The translations under genes were made by a program, and so were the position numbers. Shown in pieces: positions 37,712-50,829 of a stretch of 64,000 bases of DNA. Source of the DNA: Octopus bimaculoides. Lineage: Eukaryota. The DNA lies in the NCBI RefSeq assembly GCF_001194135.2, contig NC_068990.1, forward strand, positions 77,987,458 to 78,051,457, in the 5' to 3' direction. Under the pieces are notes generated by a model. It did not search any database, was not told the origin of the DNA, and saw only the letters and a program-made list of their open reading frames with translations. Position 1 is the first letter of the stretch, and each line of letters begins with the position of its first letter.

Positions 37712-39078
37712 ATATATATATTGATATATTGTTGTACCCCACGCCACCTCCTGATACCACCAACAGGCTCCAATAGTCCATGTTAGTAGCTCAGGAGACC
37801 TCAGGGAAGCTAACTTGCTTAGAGAAGAAGTGCTAGTGAAAGAAGTCAGAAGAGTTGACCATAACATGCAAAACCGTTGAGTGCAACCAAAATAGAACTT
37901 TAATTAAGAGGTGAATAAATATTTATGGAATAAACAGGCAGTTCTTTAGAGATTTTTTAGAGTTCTTTCATTCGCCTTTGAAATGTGTAGACTTTTGGTG
38001 AGCTCTACTTTTATTCACCAATCTAATGATTCTTTTTTTTTATCTCTTTATTTTTTCAACTGGACTCTGTTGTTACTCCTGAATTTACATTAGTCCAGTA
38101 ACTATTCTGCATTCTTTACATGGCCAAGTTCACACTGACTATTTTCACAGCAAGTTTAATACCTTCCACTTTACAAAGACACCACTGTTCACATTAACTA
38201 CAGACATTCACCATTGCATCAAACTAACTTATAACCATTCTCCTCGCAGCAAAGACACTACTGTTGATATTAACCACTGGCATTCGCCAACACAATACAT
38301 GTCCCACTTCTGACACCAATTACTGTTCAGCACGAACTGCTCAACTTCAACTGCATGGCACCAACCTCAACCAATATTCACATAAACCACTCATGTTGAC
38401 TTCCATTGCATCAACTTCCAGCAGACTCCAAACCAACCACCTCACTTATCAACACCACACATTAGCTAACAGTACAGACTCAATTGCCATGTGTTCAATA
38501 CTAGTATTTATATTTTGCCCACACAGTAAAAAGCATGTCAAAATCATTGTTGTTGTTGGCACTCTGTCGCTTACGACGTCGAGGGTTCCAGTTGATCCGC
38601 TCAACGGAACAGCTTGCTCGTGAAATTAACGTGCAAGTGGCTGAGCACTCCACAGACATGTGTATCCTTAACGTAGTTCTCGGGGATATTCAGCATGACA
38701 AGGCTGACCCTTTGAATTACAGGCACAACAGAAACAGGAAGTAAGAGTGAGAGAAAGTTGTGGTGAAAGAGTACAGCAGGGTTCGCCACCATCCTCTGCC
38801 GGAGCCTCGTGGAGCTTTAGGTGTTTTCACTCAATAAACACTCACAACGCCCGATCTGGGAATTGAAACCGTGATCTTATGACCACGAGTCCGCTGCCCT
38901 AACCACTGGGGCATTGCACCTCCACATGTCAAAATCATACCGCCTACACTTTAAACAGTCACAATGAATTAATTTTTCATTTATTTTGCAAAACCAGAGA
39001 GCAGTGTTCAAATCTGCATCACATGAATGAGAAATTATCTGAATATAATTTTTCATTCATAACAAAATATTTATATAC

Positions 39079-39357
39079 GAAAGTAAAAAGCGAGAAAGTA
39101 GAATGCTTCTGACAATGTGGAAAGTTTTATAAAACCATTATATTTCCGGCACAAAGGCCCATCTTGTGAAGAAAATGTCTGGGAAACGTCCAGTTGTGTA
39201 GGAAATTTGAAAGAGTTAACAGAACCTACATACCTGGACATTTCCCAGACTGTTTTTCTTCTGAAGATGGGCCTTTGCCCCTGAAATATAAAGGTTTTAT
39301 TAAACTAACTTTCTGCATTGTCAGAAGCTTTCTATTTACTCTCTTTTTACCTTTTTC
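39079..39357. repeat. Fold-back element (about 125-bp arms, roughly 80% identical); each arm carries a minimal HHR-like motif
   Basis: Right arm (+) 39257-39294 reads UCUU-CUGAAGA-U-GGGC(CUUU)GCCC-CU-GAA-AUAU-A-AAGG. The left arm (-) has a decayed copy (CACAAGA...GAA-AUAU-A). Confidence 0.75.
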
Positions 39358-39649
39358 AATATAGCAATGATTCAAGTGAACTACAATACTCATATATATG
39401 TACATAGGACAGCTGGCATGCCACAGCCAGTCATTTTAATCTTACATCAACCCTGTATATGCAATAAGATATTTTCATTGACTTGTCCATCATTCCTGCT
39501 ACAAATCATTTTGCAACATAGACGAGGTGCATTTAATCGACTATCACAAGATTCTGGGTTTAGTCTTATTGCATGATATCTGGACAAGTCTCTTTTACCT
39601 TAGCTCCAGACTAACACAAAACAACCTGCTTGGCTGAAATTGAGTTGAT

Positions 39650-40113
39650 CAGTGCTTCTCAACCATTTCTTACCCATGGATCCCCTTCGATTTCTGTTTT
39701 ACATGGGTGGACCCTCAAAACCATTTGATGTTTGAAAAATTTCCCATTAGATTCTTATAATTAAATACTTGTACCAGTGCCACTTAACAGTACTCACGCC
39801 AACATCACTAAAATCACCCAGCACACACTTTAAAGTGGTTGGTGTTAGGGAGGGTATCCAGCTATAGCAGCCAGGCCAAATCAGACTGGAACCTGGCATA
39901 GTTCTCTGGCTTACCAGCTCTGGTCAAACCATTCAACCCATTCCAGGAAGGAAAACAGACCTTAAGGAATGACAATAAACGGGAATTTTATTAAAAATGG
40001 TCAAAATTTTTATATATTGTAGAAAAATAACTAATTTATTGCTCATAAACTTTAGCAACAAAATCATATATGGACCCCACCAAGGGTCATGTGGACCCCA
40101 TTGAGAGCCACTG
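39650..40113. mobile_element. hAT-type MITE carrying a nested RTE-tail insertion (about 39790-39975)
   Basis: Termini cagtgcttctcaa / ttgagagccactg; degenerate 8-bp TSD gagttgat / gagtaaat. Confidence 0.7.
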
Positions 40114-41379
40114 GAGTAAATGATAACTGTAGTTTAAAGATACGGCCTGGTTCTGTCTGAGAATTATGTTAAGGGGTATAAATGTCTGTGTAATATTCAG
40201 CCATTTATTCACTAATTCTAGGAGCAGATAGTTCAACTAATGGTGAGCCATTATTGTGGCTGAACCAATGAATTTGTAGCAGTTTTATGTGTGTAATCAA
40301 TATATCTATTTTATTGTTGTTGTTGCTCTTGTTATTGTCTTGTCCTAGGTCAATCCTAATTTAGCAAATCTATAATCAAAAGCATTCATTACTATAAGTA
40401 GCATAATGAAATATCATTGGCTCCTACTTTACCTCTCTGATTCCAGATGCCCTAGCCATCCCCTTTCATTCTTCTTACTCACTGACCTTCTCATATTCAT
40501 CCTCTGTCAACCTTCACCTCCAACCATTGCCTGCATCGTATCATTCTTTCACCTCATTTCCTTGTTGCGTACAACCAAAGCAACAATACTACTTTCTACC
40601 TCCCTCTCTTCTCATTTATCAGATGTGCAACAAGATCTCTCATGATGTTAGATCGTTGACTTGTCATGGCATCTGAGCTGAAAAATCAAGCTCTTTCTCA
40701 AACTCTCCTTTGGTCTATGATCATTCTATCCATTTGTACATCTAGGACCACACTGTAAAATTTGTTAGTGTGATTTGAAGAAAATGTAGCTACTCTTTCT
40801 AGCAGACTGAGTGACCATGTAGAAGTTCCCTAGTCTGTTTAGTAGATAGCATTGGTTCAAAATGTTGTGGTGATGTGTTGATGATCAAAAAGGATGTTTG
40901 TTATCTCATGAAGTCTTAGAAACATTCTCCAGTAAGGATGACAACAGTACCAAACTGCAGTTACCACACAAATCAGAATACACAAATAACCCCTCATCCT
41001 TTCCATGTTCTTTCTTATGAACAATCATCATCCTCATCATCATCATCATTATTATCATCGTTTAACGTCCGTTTTCCATGCTGGCATGGGTTGGACGGTT
41101 TGACTGGGGACTGGCAAGCTAGGAGGCCGCACCAGGCTCCAATCTGCTCTGGCAATGTTTCTACAGCTGGATGCCTTTCCTAACGCCAACCACTCTGAGA
41201 GTGTAGTGGGTGCTTTTTACATGCCACTGACACAGAAGCCAGTCAAGTGGCGCTGGCATCAGCCATATTCAGATGGTGCTTCGAACAATATGTGACTAAA
41301 ACTCTTCATACCTTTACAGATGCTAGGTTTTACCATCTATGATAAGCATTTGTAGAGATCCCGTGTCTATAACATTTCC

Positions 41380-41730
41380 CAAATTGCTTTTCCATCCATA
41401 TTTGTTACTCAGTATTCCTGGAAGAATTGTGGGGATAGAGTCTTCAGACACTTCCTACATAAGGGTCCAATCAGAAGCAACTGTCATTAGACTTTCCAGC
41501 TGAGTTCCTCCATATGACTTACTGAGACTATGGATGTTATCTAACCATCTCAACCTTGGTCTACCCCTAAATCTCCTATAGATGGCTTGGCTTGATTCTT
41601 ACCATTCATTCCTGTGACATTCTAATCACATGTCCATAATGTCAGAGCTGTGACTTCTCAATGCAAGGAAGTAACATCTCATTTCGGAGAGGATTCCTGA
41701 TATCCAAGCTATGCAGCCTGTTGAATAATA
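41380..41730 (-). mobile_element. Degraded RTE/RTEX-like LINE 3' coding remnant
   Basis: Minus strand reads IEKSQL*HYGHVIRMSQE ... RGRPRLRWLDNI, with stops and frameshifts. Confidence 0.65.
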
Positions 41731-41741
41731 TTGCCCCAGAG

Positions 41742-42117
41742 TAGTGCTTCCCAACTTATTTTCCCCTGGGCATCACTATAACTTTCCAGAAAAATGTATG
41801 CCCCACTGGCAGTTGGAAAAAAAACAACTTTATATTTAATGTTTCATAATAGTATATTTTTCCTTTACAAAATATCTACACTAAGGCATTAGAATAGTAC
41901 TATACTATAGTAAACGGTCTTCATACAGTATGCTTAGCTGGAGAGAATGGTTTGGCTTGGCTGAGTATAGGTTTAGCATATTTGCTGTGAAACATAGATT
42001 TTCATAATTCCATCCCTCCCACACACACTCCCCCTCAAAAAAATTTGGATCCCATGCCCCAACACAATTTTCCCAGGCCTCAACAGTGGGGCATATACCC
42101 CACATTGGGAATCACTG
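41742..42117. mobile_element. hAT-type MITE
   Basis: Termini tagtgcttcccaa / ttgggaatcactg; TSD ccccagag / ctccagag (7/8). Confidence 0.75.
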
Positions 42118-42697
42118 CTCCAGAGATCCAGAGAGCAATGAGTGTGCCTACATATATAGTTGTATAAATGAAATAAATGGAAGAAGCAGTGAAACACTAC
42201 AGCTGTTTCAGAAAGGTTACTGGGTGCATATTTAGTTCAATAAAAAATATTTCATGCCTATCTGGTGTCCTTTCTCAATGGATGCATGCTGCTAATTCAA
42301 TACAAAATTCGCTTGAAATTTCTCTTGATAGCTTTGCAGCCTGCAATATTTGAATCACAGATGACTTTTCCTGCTTGATTACTACATTCTTCTCCAAAAT
42401 GGTGTCCCTTAGCATTTATCCAAAGAAGATATTCGTTTGCTTTTAACGGGGCTTGCAGAAGTTTTAGTGGGTAGAATTCATTAAATGAAAGTGGAATAAT
42501 CTCATTATACCAGCAAGACTGATTTTGTAGGTGCATGCATAGCTGTGTGGTAAGAAGCTTGCTTCCCAACAACATGGTCTTGGATTCAGTCCTACTGCAT
42601 GGTATCTTTGCTCCAGGCTGAGCAAAGCCTTGTGAGTGGATTTTTGTAATTGAAAACTAAAAGAAACTCATTATGTATCTCTGTGTATATGTCTATG

Positions 42698-42735
<38 letters not shown>

Positions 42736-43891
42736 GGTTCATAGCTCAGTGGTTAGAACATCAGGCTCACAACCATGAGATAATGAATTCGATTCCTGGA
42801 CCAGACTGTGTGTGTTGTGTTCTTGAGAAAGACACTCAGCTGCAGAAATGAATTGCAATGTCGCTGGTGCCAAGCTGTATCGGCCTTTGCATTTCCCTTG
42901 GGTAACATCGGTTGCAGGAAGAGGGGAGGTTGATATGCATGGGTCACTGTTGATCTTCCATAAACAACCTTACCCAGAATTATGCCTCTGAGGGGAACTT
43001 TCTAGGTGCAATTCTATGGTTATTCATGACCAAAGGGGTTCTTTACCCTTTACCCTTTATTTGTGTGTGTGTGTGTGTNNNNNNNNNNNNNNNNNNNNNN
43101 NNNNNNNNNNNNNNNNNNNNNNNNNNNNNNNNNNNNNNNNNNNNNNNNNNNNNNNNNNNNNNNNNNNNNNNNNNNNNNNNNNNNNNNNNNNNNNNNNNNN
43201 NNNNNNNNNNNNNNNNNNNNNNNNNNNNNNNNNNNNNNNNNNNNNNNNNNNNNNNNNNNNNNNNNNNNNNNNNNNNNNNNNNNNNNNGTGTTACTACCTC
43301 CTTGCTTTGGCTTCATGTGAAAAGATGTCTGGTCACAGAGAGTATCGCCTTACTTGAAAATAGGTGAGGATTAGTGACAGCAAAGGCACCTGACTGTAAA
43401 AAAAAAAATCTGTCTCAGCAAATTCTGTCCAATCCATGCAAGCATGGAAAAGGATGTTATGTATGTTTATATATATATATATATATATATCTTTTATCTT
43501 CTACATGTTTCAGTCATTGGATGGTGGCCATGCTGGAGCATCACATTGAAGATCGACTCAAGTACTCGTTTTCTTTTAAGCCCAGTACTAATTCTATTGG
43601 TCTCTTTTGCCAAACTGTTAAGCTACAAAGACATAAACAAACAACAAACACTGGTTGTCAACCAGTGGGTGAGAAAACAAACACAAACACAAGAACATAC
43701 ACATATACACACATACATGACTATATGTGTGACTAAGGGAGCTGAAGTGCCTACATTGCATATATATATATATATATATATATATGATTACATTTAGGTA
43801 TTTGTGCATATGTGAATGTACTTGCATCATGTTAATGTATCTAAATGTCTCTTTAAAGTATGAGTATATGCTTATATAGTAATGTTTATAC

Positions 43892-44282
43892 GCCAACATA
43901 AAGTGGCAGTCCTATAAAGGACGATGTTACTGTTGTTTTAACCCCAAGAAAATATCTTTTCTAACTAGCTATCGACACAGTTTGTATCCATATATGGTAT
44001 TTGCAAAGGAGGTCACCGCTCCCATCTCTAGCCTTATGTGATACTCACAGACCTAGGTTTCTGGATGTTATCTGTCCTCAGTGTGAGACAATCACCAGCT
44101 AGTGACAAAAGCTATCTTCACTCACAAATACTAAGTCTGTGAGTATCACGTAAGGCTAGAGATGGCAGCTATGCTTTTTATATGGACATAAACTGTGCGA
44201 CAATAACCAGCTGGAAAAGGTGTTTTCCTGGGCTAAAACAACAGTAACATCGTCCTTTATAGGACTGCCATGTTATGTTGAC
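43892..44282. mobile_element. Long-TIR fold-back MITE (arms about 170 bp)
   Basis: ggcagtcctataaaggacgatgttactgttgtttt is perfectly inverted at about 44235-44270, and catctctagcctta..tgatactcacagac is also mirrored. Confidence 0.85.
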
Positions 44283-44680
44283 ATATAAACATTACTATTC
44301 AGGAGTTACTGTATTTCTCTCGCTCAGAGATTTAAAACATGTATGTATATATGTATATATGTATGTATGTATGTATGTGTATATATATATATATCATCAT
44401 CATCATCATCATCATCGTTTAACGTCCGCTTTCCATGCTAGCATGGGTTGGACGATTTGACTGAGGACTGGTGAAACCGGATGGCAACACCAGGCTCATA
44501 TATATATATATATATATATATAAGCAATGTTAATTCTCTAAATGAAGTATTAACAGTAACTGCACGATAAAGNNNNNNNNNNNNNNNNNNNNNNNNNNNN
44601 NNNNNNNNNNNNNNNNNNNNNNNNNNNNNNNNNNNNNNNNNNNNNNNNNNNNNNNNNNNNNNNNNNNNNNNNNNNNNNNN

Positions 44681-44733
<53 letters not shown>

Positions 44734-44992
44734 CATATATATATAAGTATGAATATGTGTCTGTGTCTGTGTGTACATGCATATGTTAGTGTATGTGTGC
44801 ATTTTTACATGTGCATTCTGAATGCGCATACATCACAGCACATACATTTTCTTTCCAGAGGACTCAAATCCCAAATCTTAAGAATGTCTTACAAAGCTTA
44901 TACATCTATGCATGCATACAGATTTGTTTGTATATATATATATTATGTATGTATTTATATGTCTATGTCTCTGTTGTTCTCTTTCATGCCAG

Positions 44993-45191
44993 GATACGAT
45001 GACAATGGTGCTGAACCACCTGAAGAAGGTTGCCAGCAAAAGTGATTTAAACAAGATGACCCCCGAGAATGTGGCTGTCTGTTTCGGACCCGTGCTACTG
45101 TGTCCATCCCCGTCGACATCAGCTGACTTAGACTTCAGGAAACATATCGATGTACTTAAATACTTGCTTGAAATATGGCCAGATGACTTCA
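44993..45191 (+). CDS. SYD-1: Next coding exon of the same SYD-1/SYDE-like RhoGAP (C-terminal part of the RhoGAP domain)
   Basis: Acceptor ctgttgttctctttcatgccag| and donor A|GTAAGT. Phase-0 start matches the phase-0 end of 25368-25528. Reads [66 protein letters not shown]. [17 protein letters not shown] is the RhoGAP motif; DFxxHIxVLxYLLxxWP is SYDE-like. Confidence 0.93.
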
Positions 45192-46811
45192 GTAAGTTGG
45201 CAGCACACTCTTCTTTTTCCCCATTTTGTTGTTACCGCAGGTGATGTGGCTGCTGCTGCTACTACAGCAGCTGTTGCCAATGTTGTTGTTGTTATCATGA
45301 TGTAGCCTCACATCATCCTTGATCAAGCTATTCTATCATCAAAGACTTTCTAACTGTTACTATCCTGTCTTTCTTTTTTTAAGGTAACGTATATATATAA
45401 AACTACATTATCTTATGTTTATTTCTTACTTCAAGAAAAGGTATGATATCAGTTGAGGGCAACTTGATTGCTATTTCTACACAGGTCAAACAAATATGTG
45501 GCAGCCACTTCATTGGCTTATTGGCTTGTTGATTATGTTGTTATTTCTCTAATTACTGTTACAGTTGCTATTGAATTAATGATGTAATGTTGCGGTGGTT
45601 AATGAATAAAAACTTTGAACCAAAGTTTTGTAATACATGGTGGAATTTATTTAACCTAATGTGTGTTTAAAACCCTCTAGCCTTTAGACCAACCATATCT
45701 GGCCCGAATATTCTATCTGTTTTATGTTTAAACCTGCTAGATCTGGTCTCTCACACTTACCCTACAATGTCAATCTAAGAATACAATAATCGCATCATTG
45801 AAATCTCAAGGCTACGAAATCGAAATTGCGATCCTACAACCGTGAGTCCGCTGCCCTAACCACTGGGCCATTGCGCATCCACCATCAAAATGCAACAGTA
45901 TTTAATTATGCCATTTTACAGTTTGAGTTCAAGCCCAGCCTTCTCTCTATTCTCTAACTGTATATCTTTTCTCAACTCATAATATTTGAGGCTTTATGCC
46001 TTAAAAACTAATATCATTATAGTGGAAAGTCAATGGCATAAAGAGTTTTAGCCCACATATAGTTGCTCGATCTGCATGAAATAACTGCCAAATCTCTCAA
46101 CTTAAATCCTACCATGAACAACACTTTTAATGATGTAGTGTCCCTGATGCATAGTCTGGGATAGTAACATACGGAATGCTTAAGATGGCAAGTTGGCAGA
46201 ATTGTTAGCTTGCCAGGCAAAATGCTTAGCAGCATTTCATCCATCCTTACGTACCGAGTTCAAATTCTGCCAAAGCCAACTTTGCCTTTCATCCTCTTGG
46301 GGTCAATAAAATAAGTACCAGTCGAGTACTGAGGGTTGATGTAATCGACTTAGCCCTTTCTCCGAAATTGCAGGATTTGTGTGAAAATTTAAAACCAATA
46401 TCTGGAATTCTTTGAATATGGTCTGCTTGATCTGAGTTGACCTGGGATACCTTGGGTTAAACAATAGCAATAGCCAACACAAATCCGAAGGACGGGAGCA
46501 AGACAGAAGCTGCACAGTAGGCATAATGCTTCTCAGTACGTAATACTTCTCTACATTCAGAGTTCAAATCTTGCAAGGATTAGCTTTGACATTAACTCTC
46601 AGGAGAAATGCCAAACCAATGAAGAACTAATCATAAATTGTTTACGCTCCAACTTGAGCAAAAATTCAATGAAATCCCAAATCCAAGGAATCCAGTGACA
46701 GTCTGCATTAGCAATAAAGAATTCAAAGGAAATAGTAACACCAATAACTTTTATATTATATTATACCATATTTATTTATATTATATTCATTTTTATTCTT
46801 ATTCTTATTAT

Positions 46812-46886
<75 letters not shown>

Positions 46887-47371
46887 TAGTGGGGGGGGGG
46901 ACAGTGCAGTTTATATTCAACATCAGTAGTTTAGAAATGTGTATCTTCTTTTACTCATTGGACTGTGGCCATTCTGGAGCACACTGCCTTCAGGGGCTTT
47001 AGTTGGACAAATCTACGCCAGTACATATTTTTAAGCCTGGTCCTTATTCTATCGATCTATTGGTGAATTAAGTAACAGGGATGTAAACAAGCCAACATCA
47101 GTTATTAAGTGGTAAAGGGGACAAGACAGACACAAACACACACATAATCATCATCATCATCATCGTCGTCCTTTAACGTCCATTTTTCATGCTAGCATGG
47201 GTTAGATGGTTTGACAGGAGCACCACCTTTAGTCAAGTAAATCGACCCCAGGACTTATTCTTTGTAAGCCTAGTACTTATTCTCTGAGTCTCTTTTGCTG
47301 AACCACTAAGTTACAGAGACATAAACACACCAGCATTGGTTGTCAAGCAATGGTGGAGGAACAAACACACA

Positions 47372-47415
<44 letters not shown>

Positions 47416-48583
47416 CATATATATATATATATAAAACGGGCTTCTTTCAGTTTCTGTCTACTAAATCCACTCACAAAGCTTTGGTTGGCCCGAGGCTATA
47501 GTAGAAGACACTTGCTCAAGGTGCCATGCAGTGGGACTGAACCCAGAACCATGTGGTTGGTAAGCAAACTACTTACCACACAGCCACTCCTGCATGTGTA
47601 TGTTTGTATATAATCAAGCAGAAAGTCTACATCAATTTGGAAAAAATATTATGATGATTGCAAATACTAACTAGACTCAATGTTGCTTAACTTCAGGAAT
47701 CAAACAAGAACTGNNNNNNNNNNTACTGGTGTTGGTGCCATGTAAAAAGGCACCTGGTACACTCTGTAGGGTTGTTAGTATTAGTAAGGGTGCCCAGCCA
47801 TAGAAACCATGCCAAAATAGACAATGAAGTCTAGTGCAGCCCTGGCCTTACCAGTTCTTGTCAAACTATCCAACCCATGCCAGCATGGAAAACAGACATT
47901 AAAGATGGTGATGATGATGATGATGATGATGATGATATATACGTTTGTACCTGCATACACATGTCATGTATGTCTATGTGTGTGCATACATGTGTATATA
48001 TATATACATATATATATATGTATATATATGTATATATATGTATGTATATACACACACACACACACACACACATATATACACAAATATTTGATGCACAGTG
48101 ATATTTAAATACATACATAACTAAACTGCTTCTTACTAGAGAAACTTTCAATACAAATGCTTGTATGCATGTATATGTATTCATATGTAAGAATGTATGT
48201 ATGTATCTATGTTTTTGTATATTTTGTGCATGACAGATGTATTTATCAGTTGTTTTGTGTCTGTGCTTCCTTGCACGAGTGTGTGTGTGTGAGTGTATAC
48301 ATAAAATGTATGTAGGTGCTTATGAGAAAGCCGCAATATTTAATCAATTATACTTAACGTATCGATTAGGCTCCAGAGTTCAACTAATGTGTTTGATCAC
48401 ACATTGTATGTGTGATTATGGTCTGCATGCAAGCATGCATACATACATATATGCACATGTGTATATGTATATATGTGTATATATATGTGTGTGTGTGTGT
48501 GTGTATGTATTCATATTTATATATATATGTGTGTGAATGTATGTATATATATATATGCGTGTGTGTATATGCATATAAATATA

Positions 48584-48657
<74 letters not shown>

Positions 48658-48799
48658 NNNNNNNNNNNNNNNNNNNNNNNNNNNNNNNNNNNNNNNNNNN
48701 NNNNNNNNNNNNNNNNNNNNNNNNNNNNNNNNNNNNNNNNNNNNNNNNNNNNNNNNNNNNNNNNNNNNNNNNNNNNNNNNNNNNNNNNNNNNNNNNNNN

Positions 48800-48846
<47 letters not shown>

Positions 48847-50753
48847 CATGTACACATGTATTTCAGACATGTGTGTGCATGTGGCATGTGTGTGTGTGCA
48901 TGTGTGTGGATAGAGGAATATACATGTATGCATAATCAGTTTGAATCTTTGGTAAAATGGCATTAAGTGTAAAGAAAGTCATTTTAAGATGGAAATGTTT
49001 GATAAAAACAACAAGAGAAAAATCGCTTGTCTGCTTCTCAACACTTACATAAGACAAAATAAAAAGCAAAAACAATCTGCAACTTCCACGTAATAGTAGT
49101 TTTGTCTAAGCCTCGCTTCAATCTGATTACAGAATTGCTAAAGCAAAGCTGTAGGAGAAATGCGATTTCTGTCATGCAAAACCAGTTAAAAGACAAGTGT
49201 GGAGAAGGATTATGAGTACTAAGCAGTTGTAGACCTTGAAAGCAATTCGTGTCTGAAGAAGCAAGAGTCAAAATTTTGACTCAAGGGAAGCTTTCAAAGC
49301 TATCAAAAGTCTGATCTTTGCTGAAGAGAAAATCAGATCACATGATCGAGAGGGTTAGAGTTTTAAGGTATTTACAGGCTAATTTCTGTTCAACTTGATC
49401 ATTTGCTCACACAGTAGAAGTTTAGGACTATCTAAAACTGATCTTTACTGAAGGTGCTGGTCACTTACTCAAAGTGTAGAGTTTTAAGATATCTAAAGAA
49501 ATATCTCTGTTGAGCAGAAAATAATTATTCTGTCTGAAAGTCAGTATTTTGAAAATTTGTTAACACTTAAAACACCGAGAGACCTCAGACCACCTTTAAC
49601 TCTTTGATCAGAAACTTCATGTTTTAAAGTGTTTATAGGTGCAGGTATGACTGTATGGTTGAGAAGCTCAATTTGCAACCATGTGGTTTTGAGTTCAGTC
49701 CCATTTCGCAACATCTTGTGCAAGTGTCTTCTATTATAGCTCCAAGCCAACCAGTGCTTATAACTGAACTTGGTAGCTGAAAACTGTGTGGAATCTCTTT
49801 ATACATATATATTACGTATGCATGTATGTTTGTGTGTATGTGTATATGTGTGTTTGTATGTGTGGTGTGTGTCTCCTCACCATCACTTGACAACTGGTGT
49901 TGGTCTTTTTACATCCCCATAACTTAGTAGTTGAGAAAAAGAAACCAATAGAACAAACACCAGACTTTAAAAAAATAAGTAGTGCCCCAGCATGATCATA
50001 GTCCAATGAGTGAAACAAATACCTAAAGATACAAAATACCGAAAGTAAAACTTCCATCATAACGTTATGCAAGAACCCTTTGTTCAGATAGTTATTCTTT
50101 CTAAATTCTCTAAAATTCTTGATTATTTGCCAAATTAATTGAAATGATTCATTAGAAATATGGCCATAAAAGGATTAAGAAAAACGTCTGCCAAATTTGA
50201 AAAAACATCAGCTAAACAGCACTGAGTTTCAAAATTATGTAAAATACAAATCAAGACTTAGCTGAATAGCTAATCTCTGACTCAAACTGGGCTGAGTCTA
50301 AGATTATTAAAAACCTCCTATCTGTAGAAATTGAGAACAACAGTTCATTATACGATCAAATAATAGAAAGCAATTTGCATATTTAACATGGCATAAATAT
50401 TTAGAGAGAGACATAAAAAAAAAATGTAATTGCACCCTCATAACCATTTGGGTCAGAAGTGAAGATACATGAAATAGCTCTGATCAAAGTCATGAATGGA
50501 TAGAGTGAATGAAAGAATATGGTGATAAAAAAAATGGGTGAAATTGTATAGAAACTGCATGGAAATTTCTCTTATACAGAGAACAATTGCATGTAAAAAA
50601 ACAGCAGATATAAGGCAGCAGAATATATGTGTGTGTGTGTGTGAGAGAGAGAGAGTCTCTCTCTCCTTCTATATATATATATATATATATATTGACCGTT
50701 GACTGAACACTATTCAATTTTTTTTCTCCGTGTTTTTCTCCTTGTCTCCGTAT

Positions 50754-50790
50754 TCTTTCTGTTGAAGAGCGTAGCTCGAAACGTCAAAGA
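50754..50790 (+). ncRNA. Minimal type I hammerhead-like motif (A6U core variant), predicted cleavage GUC after 50785
   Basis: UCUUU-CUGUUGA-A-GAGC(GUA)GCUC-GAA-ACGU-C-AAAGA: 5-bp stem I, 4-bp stem II, loopless palindromic stem III typical of PLE minimal HHRs. Confidence 0.6.
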
Positions 50791-50829
50791 CTTTCCGTAT
50801 TCCCGAGCGTCATACTAATATATACTTTT

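Noticed and set aside
42725-42800. tRNA-like sequences (also 57720-57795 and the SINE heads)
   Set aside because: A/B boxes are present but there is no complete cloverleaf, and each continues into a SINE body; these are SINE heads, not tRNA genes.
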